Assembly (NCBI GenBank): GCA_973851085.1
Contig: OZ316776.1
Span: forward strand, 6,386,001-6,450,000
Reading direction: 5' to 3'
Origin: Ptychomitrium polyphyllum
Lineage: Eukaryota
Length of the DNA stretch: 64,000 nt
Numbering within the stretch: position 1 is the first letter of the stretch; each line of letters starts with the position of its first letter. The translations under genes were made by a program, and so were the position numbers. The notes below the pieces were generated by a model. The model had not been told where the DNA came from. It did no database searches and saw only the letters and a list, made by a program, of their open reading frames with translations. Positions 55,221 to 64,000 of this stretch are shown piece after piece.

Positions 55221-56320
55221 TGCATCTGCCCAGTTGTCACTACAAATCCAGACATACCTCAACCCCATACAAACAAGCATCTTGAAGGCTTTCGCGCTTC
55301 TGGTTTCACCTCTCCTTTTTCCTCGTTCTCAAGTGTTCCAACGACCTACTCACGCAGCTGCAGACGTGAAGGTGAACGATAATAGGCCGTTCTGCTAGGG
55401 AATAGATGGCGGTTGGTAGCAGTGCACTTTTCCTTCAATGTAATCGAGCACAGGAGATTAGACCTGAATATCTAGTTATCAGATGAGTGATGGATACACC
55501 GTTACCCAATATTGAAGCTTGGAGCAGTAACATGCTTAGCTAGTTTATTCAAATCATCGACCTCGCCACAATGGCGAAGTGTTGCAGGAAATAGAAGTTA
55601 CAACATATGTTTCTGAACGCATTAAGCCGTTTCAGTAGTCTTTCATTATTTACCTCTGTATGCGACTTAGCGGTGCAGATGATAGCTATTCATTGTAAAA
55701 AGTGGAACATGGCATTGAAATTCAGGGTTATCAGACATTTACTTACCATTACATTCTTGGGTGTATTACTGCATCCTCAAGCCTGTCATATTCCTTTCAT
55801 GTCGATTTTCATATTGACCTATGTCCGTGAAATTTCAATTGCTATCTTCAATACACGTTATGATATGGTATGTTGCAACATGTGTGATAACTAAAGGTCC
55901 TCTGAAAGAACGCTTCTAAAAATAGAATCCTGACTATCCCGTTCTTATCTGGAGGTACTACCAGCGATACAAATTCAATTCACCAACACAGCACTTTGAA
56001 CGTTAGCCATGTTGCCTAGAAACAACTTATCAGTATTCCTAAAATGTAGCTAATAAAGAGTTGTGAGATATGTCTTTCGGAAGAGATTTTCTGTCCCAAG
56101 CAAATTCTGCAACCACATGGTGAAGCGGACTTGGCAAAATGTCATACTGAAGATGCAGTGACTAATCCGTTCCCAGCATTGACACAGAAGTAGACTGGTT
56201 CTGAAATAAAGCTGTGCTACCTGTCTGAGCGCACCTAGACAAGTACTCATAAAAAGTCGATCATTACCTTGAAGTCCTCCCGGTACATATATGAGATAGA
56301 CAAGTGATGCTTAAAGGCTA

Positions 56321-57554
56321 TCAGAATCGGGTAGCTCCATCGTCGTAGGATACATGACTTCCTAAATGACAAGGAACTGCGTCTTCAGCGTACACTCCAC
56401 AGCACGTCCACCTTCTTTTCCAATTTCTGCTTCCCGTTCCCGGTCGATCGTTCTCGCTATTCCACTTATAAACAATAATTCCACTTGCATCAGTCCACTC
56501 TCCGTCTATTCCTTGGTGCGGAGGTGCCAAAGCATACAAACCTCGATCCCCTGTACCAAGCACAAGAAATCTTTTGAGATGCAACGACAATGAGAAGACG
56601 GCCACCGTGAAATGTAAAACATGATTAACAAGCTGCGGCAAGAGAGTAAAATTGCATATGAACGGAAATTTTGACATATCATGACATCAACTCGCTAAAA
56701 GCATTGACCACAAACAGAAGACCACACCATCATCAGATTCACTAAAGTAAAATTTAAGCTCATTTTGGTCTGGCTATGACTGATGCTCAGGAGGCTTCAG
56801 CAAACCAAAATGGCGGCTATCACCACCTAGATTAGCACCGACCGCCGGAAGCTCTTGTACAGATTAAATTCCAGAATTCTCCAGTCCATGAAAAGTTCAG
56901 AATATACAAATTCCAGACCTCTTGTATTTCACAAATTATAGGACGCAACTTGCAACTTATATAATGACAAATAAGAATAATACATCGGCAGAAATTATGG
57001 CTGCCAATTGAACGGCTATAGTCTATGTTCGCTAAGTAGCAAAGGAAGCGAACCACGCACATTAATTGCCCGCTGAAGAAATAATAACTGATCACACTCA
57101 GCGTCTGTGCGAGGATACAGCATTAATCATGATCTCCTTCAGAATCTTGTCTTCCTCATAGAGAAAAGAACGAACAGTGAGCAGCACACACACCTGTCAT
57201 ATGGCCATGGTACTTGCAGGCAACAGGGTTATTGTCCTCGTCTCGGTACGCCATCCCACACCGAACACACACGTTCAGCTTCTCCTTCCTCTCGCCGGAC
57301 TGTTCCTTTCCTCGTGCTCGAATTGCCCTATCATCCACAGAACGACTCTCTCTCCAAGCGCTATGACCATCCCTCCCTCGCCAACTCCCTCGCAGAGATT
57401 CCAATTGCGTCTCCCTCACACCACGACTTAAACTCAAACTCTTCTGCACCACTGCGTGACTAACCTCGTCTCCATGCTTCTCGACTCTCGCATGAGAGAT
57501 CAAGGACGGGGATTCAGCCACCGATTGGTAACAAAACACAACCTTCATAGCCAT
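56321..57554 (-). CDS. Small Cys/His putative zinc-binding protein with CHORD-like spacing (196 aa), uncharacterised
   Basis: Exons 57554-57194 and 56550-56321 (G|GT..AG|GG, 591 nt). CVRC-x13-CKYH..GDRGLYALAPPHQGIDGEW..YKWN..NWKRRWTCC-x9-C-x4-HVSYDDG. The S/R-rich N-terminal 90 aa is transit-peptide-like. Confidence 0.85.
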
Positions 57555-59605
57555 ACGGTCGGGTTCCTTCGAAATCTATTTCGCAAGCACAAGGAGTCTT
57601 GAGGGAGATTTCCACCGTCACATTTTTGGCCGATACCATGGTGATACTGGGGTGACACCTACATAATATCCTGATGTTATCGTGATTCGTGACGGTACTG
57701 GAGATCTCTGTAAGGTCTACACTGGATCATTATGTTTATGGCGCTCTTTTTCAAATTCAAAAGTTTAGAAGATAACTAAACTGCTTTCTATATGCTCCGC
57801 CTTAGTGATGAAACGTATTCCGTTCATCTGTTTCAATTTGTTTCTTTACAACTGCAGTTGTGCAGCTGCATATACTTCCGATCGGACATTCTTGGAGACA
57901 TCCAAGCGACGTGAAGTATATAGAGGAGTGACATTTGAGTTCTTCTTAACCTTGGTAGGCATGAGGTTCTTCTGCTTGCAACCTTCACTTATGTCTTGAA
58001 TCTCCGCCTTTCTTTTTCTGTTTTGAACGAAATTCTGTACCTTTTGGAAATGTTTAGAAACAGGAATTAATAGCGTACACTGAGTTGGTATTCAATAAGA
58101 AGAAAGGCAAGAAACACATTGGATGAGGCAATGCCTAGAACCTAGTCACAACAAGCAATGTGGTTTAACAAGCCTGTCAAAGCTGATAGAACTCAAAAAG
58201 TAAATGACAAGATTTTTGAAATTTTTGTTTCAACTTCTTTTTGTTAAATTGAAAAAGGAGAAAATGAAACTTGGGATAACATATTAATATTGAAGAACAT
58301 CATGTTTTGAAAAACGTTGAAGTAATTTAAAACAAAGTGATAAACTTACTATATGACTACAATTGTTCAAATAAATCCTTTAGATGTTTTGTAAAAATTT
58401 CAAGCAATATACCAACCCAACATAGCATTATGATGTGCATTACGTAATTAAATGATGCAAATATAAAAATTTCATTGGTGCTTTTTATGAATCTTCAAGT
58501 TAGAATTTTAGAAATTTTGGTACATTATTATTTAGGGCTTTTACTTCTCTAATTATTGGTTCATTTATTTCAAAATAATATAAATCAATAATTTTTATAA
58601 TATTTGGTTTAATGTAGGTGATATAAATATGCATTTAAATAGATCAATTTCATGCAATTGTTCATTTGATAAATTTTTGGTTTAATTTGTATCATCATAA
58701 TTCTATCAATTTCTGACTTGAATGTATAATCTACAATTGAAAGATATCCAAGTGGTATTTCAATAGTATTTGTGGATTAAGCTCCAACAAACAAATTTTT
58801 TTTTTTTTTTGTAAATCGAGGTTCAAATGAAAAAAGGAAGCGTTTAATTATAATATAAATTCTTTGGAAGAACAAAATGGGTCAAAAAATTACATAAAGC
58901 TACTATAAATTTTTTTTCCAATTCTTTTTGAAATAATCCTTTATAATTTGTACTTTGATATACAACAATTGATGCCAAAAATAAGAAAATGGCAATATAT
59001 AAGAGTACATGTATTTTGTAAGTAGGAATTGTAAGGCAAACAATCATTTATATAATAAAAACAATGAGTGCACCAAGTACAAACTATAAAAAAAATTCTT
59101 CTAATAACATGCTGTAACGTTCCAAGGTTAAAAAATGTATTTTTAGTATTAAAAAAGTCAAATCAATGGACTTGTCTACCATAAAGAACTCAAGAAAATA
59201 AATCTTTTAACATTTTAAAAATCATTTTACTTTTGAATTTTTCTCTCAAAAAGAATAAAAGAATTACAAATACAACACAATTTTTGTGGATTGTTCTTCA
59301 TGCAAAACTATGCCTTCTCCCTTTCATATAATTCATTAAAAAAATTCACAGTATAACACAATTTTTCACATATTCGCCCTTAAACACAAAAGCACAAGTG
59401 TACCTTGCATTTATTATTTTTACAGCATAAGCAGCTTTAAAAGACTTCCAAGAAATTAATTTTTCAAAACTTTAGAAATCCATACAAATAAAGTTTATTA
59501 ATCTACATGAAATGAAGAACTGATTTTGAATTCATACCACTATATCACCGCCATTAAGTCTCCCTCGAGTCTTCCCAAGTTGGCCGTCTCAGTGCGGACC
59601 CACTG

Positions 59606-59768
59606 TGCTTTCGTTACTTTCTGCCTTTTCTCTGCCTTTTCTTTTGCATTCCTTTCCAGGAGTGAGTGGAAAACTTTTTCTATATGGCATGCAGAAAACT
59701 TTTCCGCTCGCTTCTGAAAAAGAATGTAAAGAAAAAGGCAGGGGAAAAAGCAGAAAGTAACGAAAGCA
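59606..59768. repeat. 163-bp near-perfect palindrome (foldback; MITE-like or hairpin-RNA locus)
   Basis: Left arm 59606-59686 (tgctttcgttactttctgcc...ggaaaactttttctatatg) is the near reverse complement of the right arm 59688-59768 (catgcagaaaacttttcc...gcagaaagtaacgaaagca), with a 1-nt spacer. Confidence 0.9.
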
Positions 59769-60363
59769 GGGGAGTCGGTGCAGCGAGTGCACCTGAAGCG
59801 GCATGTGTGTGATTGCTCCCGCAGTCACGCCGCTGCTATTTGCAGCGACCTCACTGCGGCGACTCCGACGACGACGACGCATCGCTCAGGTTCGGTGAGT
59901 GCACCTCACCATATGCATGTTGGATCGGGTGTTACGGAGGTTGCTAGTGGAGCGATCTGACATGGTTTTCCAGCTTGGGGGCTTGGACGAGTTCGGTCAG
60001 GGACGTCTTTGGTAGGAAACCGTCAGCAGCAGAGGGCATGACAGTCGGAGAGACAGTGTGCGTGGCTGTTGTGATCGTTGTGATCGTCGTTGTTTGGGGT
60101 TCTCCTTTTTCCGTTGCTAGTGGGGAGTCCATGGAGTTTATTGTGGAGTTCTAGCGAGTTTTATTAGGAAGTGGAGTTGTGGCGTTCTTGGGACGGCAGT
60201 GTGTCGTGGTTGTGTTCGTATCTTGTATTGCGGGTGGAGTGTGGAGGTGCCGGGGAATTGAGACATGTAAGATCGAGATGGCATGGAGGTGTGTTCTATT
60301 GGTGATGATTAAGTTTGGGGATGAGAAAGGGTTGTTGTTGTTTTCCGAGTAGAATTTTCGTTA

Positions 60364-63300
60364 ATGGAGGCTATGTCGGGTTCTAGATTTCCAGGAAGGA
60401 CGAGGTTCTCGATGGCGGAGCCGCGGATAGAGAAGCGGACGGGTTTGCGGATTTCTGTTTCTCCAAGGGCAGGTATGTGATGATCGAGCCTTCACCTCCA
60501 ATGGTTCATCTTTTCTATCTTTACTTTTCAGCTTTTCTTAAGGAGTGGTATCATCTGCTTTGTGGATTTAGTGCTCTGGATATCTTGGTGAAGTTTATGG
60601 TTTCTGATTTTGTCTAATGAGCTCCATAAGTGGGATTCTTATTTTTTTCCTACTTACAATGCAGCCTTAGATAATATAATCTTCGTATTAGTTCACAATG
60701 TCTTGATTTGTGATCAATGTATGTCGAGCGAGTTATGTTCATAGCTGTAGTGTAGGACTCGGTTGATTAGAAGCTTGAATTCATGACCTCATTTCATGCT
60801 ATGGAGAGTTGAAGTGACTTCATATTGGCGAAATTGTTGTATTTTTTCTATTTACTAACCGCATTCACTCTATTTTAATTGTCAGCTCCCTTAGATTAAG
60901 ATCAGGTTTAGTCTGTGGAGGAATTAATCAGCTGATTTAACCCTGGCGTGGTGCAGTGACGGACTTTCTGGGGTCAATACCATTGTTGCAGCATGTACCT
61001 GGAACATCACTTCAGAAGATTATAGACGTAGTGGAGCCGCTTCAATTTGGTGAGAAAGCCGATTTGACTGTTCCCCATCCGAGTTCGATGGTGTATTTTA
61101 TGCACATATCATTGATTCGTTCTTTTTCGTTCAGAGAAGGGGGAGCTGCTTTTGCGAGAAGGTACACCTGAAGATGGATTGTACTTCCTTTGGAGCGGAA
61201 AGGTATACCGAACTCAAGTTTTGATTGAGCAGTTATCTTATGAGTTTTCGTCTTTCTGAGTTTCCTCTTAAGTAATTTTCTAGAGATCACTTGTGGTATT
61301 TGGAGAGTGGAAGTGAGTGAAGGATTTATTTGGAGTTCTTTTTGTGGGTTAATACGTGAGGACATAGATTAAGAGAAGAATGGTTTCTTTACATTTTTGT
61401 TTGTATGACAGGCAGAAGTCTCACTTCCAACATCTGGAGACGAAGTAAGCCATATTACGGGAACTCTAAAATCAGGGGACTATTTTGGATATGGTGAGTT
61501 GCCGAATTTCCTTTGGAAATCATTGTACCGCGTCCCAGCGGTACATCAATCGTATGAAGCTAATGGAGGGGTATGCATGGGAACGGTATATCGACTGTAA
61601 CTGACTGGAAAAGTCTATTTGTTTATCTCTTGAAGATGTATCTGACGTTTTAAAGAACTTTGTGTGAACTTAAGAGTTGTTTACTTTCTTCTTAAAAGAC
61701 TCTCAGTTATATTATTAGATATTTAGGTGGTACCAATTGTCTACCAGTATGTGTTTGACGTTATTTGGAAGACCACTAATCTGAGTCATCGTTGGCAGCC
61801 ACTGCTGGACCAATTAAGACTCTTAATAAGGCCGATATAACGGCTGCTACCGAGGTTAGATGCTTCTCTCATCATATACGGACTAAATTCTTTATATATC
61901 GGTATATCTGTACCTCCAAAGATCTGTGAAACCTTACTTAAGGCGAGAACATTGTTAAATACTGTCACTAGTATTGAGATTGAGTGTCTTGTTTTTTTGA
62001 CCAGATTGATTTGTGTGTGGGCGCAAGCCCAGCCACGAAATGTTCATTATTTTTCTAATTTTCCTGTAGGTTTTATCAGCAGATCTAGTTTCATAATTCT
62101 GAAATGCTGTTATAAGATCCCATATATCAGGAGCTAGTTCTACTGCTTTAGGTTTGCATAAACACTTTTCCTGTGCTGACACAGCAATTTCATTTTCTGT
62201 GTCTCAGCCGTGAAGCTCTGCTGTTTCCTGCAGGTGACCTGCTTTGTGCTTCGCAACGAAAATGCAGATCTGCTATCTAGTGTCTCTATATGGGCACAAC
62301 AACCAGAAGATGGTGGAGTTGCTCTGCTTGAGCACATACTACAATTGGAGGCTTTAGAGGTAAGAAGCAATGGCATCACGTAGAGCCTGTATTACAATTT
62401 ACTGATAACAGGGCTGTACTGATTGGTCGTTGAATTGTGTGAATTGTGGCAGAAGGTTGTGAATAGGAGCTTGAATGCTTCTAAGTCGCTCCGTTGCTTT
62501 GATGGATGCAGGTTGATCTGTATAGGGGATACACGAAGGAGGAATACCCTTCTTTTAATGGAAATGTCTATGGTGGACAGCTGTTAGGTCAAGTAAGTCA
62601 TGTATCTTTAATGCGAATCAATTTTATGTTTACTTGAGTTACCGTTAGTTGGAGGGCCTGCTTGGCATTCAACTCACTTGAAGAATCCTGTATAATGTGT
62701 AAAAGAGCTTACTACGTAGTGTACGTTGCAGGGTTTAGCAGCTGCAAGCAAATCCGTTTATCCTGCTCTGCTGGTTCATAGCCTACATGCGTACTTCCTT
62801 CGTACTGGGGATGATCGAAGTATGGTTCAGTTACTTGCAATAAATTCTTCTGTACACATATATGCACAGCATTTGCTAGAATTGCATTCTAATCAAGCTC
62901 AGAGGAATTTTAGTTCCAAAAATAGATTTAAATGAAGATTTTTTAGACGATATACTACATACACGGATTGAATGTATTTTCTCCTCAAGCAGCTTCATTG
63001 TTTCCTAGTGCCACTGAAGACTTTCATCGTGGTTCAATTTCAATACTGACTGATGCATAACAGTTAGCCGTTCGTATTAAGATTTTGTTATAAATGCAGT
63101 GCCAATTGTCTACAAGGTAGACAGGACTCGTAATGGCCACACTATTGCAACAAGGCAGGTTTCCGCAATACAGAAGGGCAGTGTAATTTTTACAATGTAT
63201 GCCTCGTTTCAGGTGGGTATTTCAGATTCAGTCTTAGAAATACGTGTCAGGTGAAAGAAGTTATTACCGAGATTTGAAACGACGATCTCAATAGCATAAA

Positions 63301-64000
63301 TGCAAAGTTTCTTCGATCAGTACGAAGGAGCTTTTGAAAAGTAGTTCTAGAGCTCTGTTAGGGTGTAATCAGTGTTGGTGCTATGTGCAGGAGCACAGGG
63401 ATGTTACACAGCAAGCTGTGCGTGCAAGTTTTGTTCCTAAATTCTTATGTATACTGTCTTACAGAGAGCTGGACCTGAGGGTTTTGAACATCAAGAGTCA
63501 ATGCCAAATGTCCCTATGCCAGACCAGGTATGTACGCACATGATTGGTTGATTTTCCTGTTTCATCATTTGCGTCTTGCTGAGAGTACATGCCTATTTTG
63601 TGAGTGTTATACTTCTGCTCAACTTCGTCACTCTATTTGTTGGTACCTTTTCTGAATGTCCAGCTCCTATCCCAAGAGGAGATACGGAACAGATATTTTT
63701 ATGATCCTCGAATTCCTTTGTAAGCATCTATTTCTTTATGCTGATCCCAGTATGTAGAGAGTCTAATCAATTTCTATATAGCCATAATTTTAAGAGGTAG
63801 TCTATGTGTCTTTGCAATGCAGTAATATCTACCACCAACATGAGCTTATGTAAGTTGCATGAATATCAAAAGCTGTACTATTCCATCTGCCTTTGTCGAA
63901 CATCCAGTAATCTCCAAACACGAAAATGATGATTCCCACTGAAATGAGTCACTGAATTAAATCGGACGTGGTGTGCAGGAAAAAGAGGGAGAAACTGGCG
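60364..64000 (+). CDS. ACH2: Acyl-CoA thioesterase II with N-terminal cNMP-binding domain (ACH2/ACOT8-like), 3'-truncated by window
   Basis: Exons 60364-60472, 60957-61049, 61135-61202, 61412-61493, 61799-61854, 62234-62359, 62512-62592, 62732-62819, 63100-63212, 63465-63527, 63664-63719, 63979->64000, phases consistent. cNMP domain (FLGSIPLLQ..REGTPEDGLYFLWSG..GDYFG). TesB motifs VYGGQLLGQGLAAA, VHSLHAYFL, PIVYKVDRTRNG..ATRQVSAIQKG..ASFQ, GFEHQ. The start codon (60364, 60373 or 60412) is uncertain. Confidence 0.92.

Noticed and set aside
61539..61585. Candidate thioesterase exon AVHQSYEANG
   Set aside because: It would need a 45-nt intron. Exon 61799-61854 (KADITAATE) fits homology and phase better.
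1..64000. tRNA, rRNA, intact transposase or retroelement genes
   Set aside because: No recognisable RNA-gene, RT, integrase, DDE or Rep/Hel motifs seen by eye. tRNAscan, Infernal and RepeatMasker would be needed to exclude them.

Overview
Eukaryotic plant nuclear DNA, most likely a moss or other bryophyte. This is inferred from GT-AG introns, plant gene families and islands of genes separated by AT-rich blocks. Four complete genes, plus one running off the window end, were reconstructed exon by exon with consistent splice phases: (1) a plastid MscS-like channel of the MSL2/3 clade (-, 12 exons, 880 aa, long acidic tail); (2) phospholipase D alpha (+, 4 exons, 804 aa); (3) a secreted FAD-linked BBE/VAO oxidoreductase that resembles fungal rather than plant members (+, 2 exons, 607 aa; horizontal transfer candidate); (4) a small CHORD-like Cys/His protein (-, 2 exons, 196 aa); (5) an ACH2-like acyl-CoA thioesterase II with a cNMP-binding domain (+, truncated at the window end). 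There are two clear pseudogenes: an intronless LysM-ectodomain receptor kinase whose kinase looks L-type-lectin-RLK-like, and an F-box gene. Non-coding highlights are a 163-bp near-perfect palindrome upstream of the thioesterase and a dispersed repeat with a conserved small hairpin. The blocks at 1-16 kb, 30-38 kb and 58-59.5 kb are largely AT-rich, CpG-poor and decayed. All family assignments come from motif recognition by eye; no searches were run.
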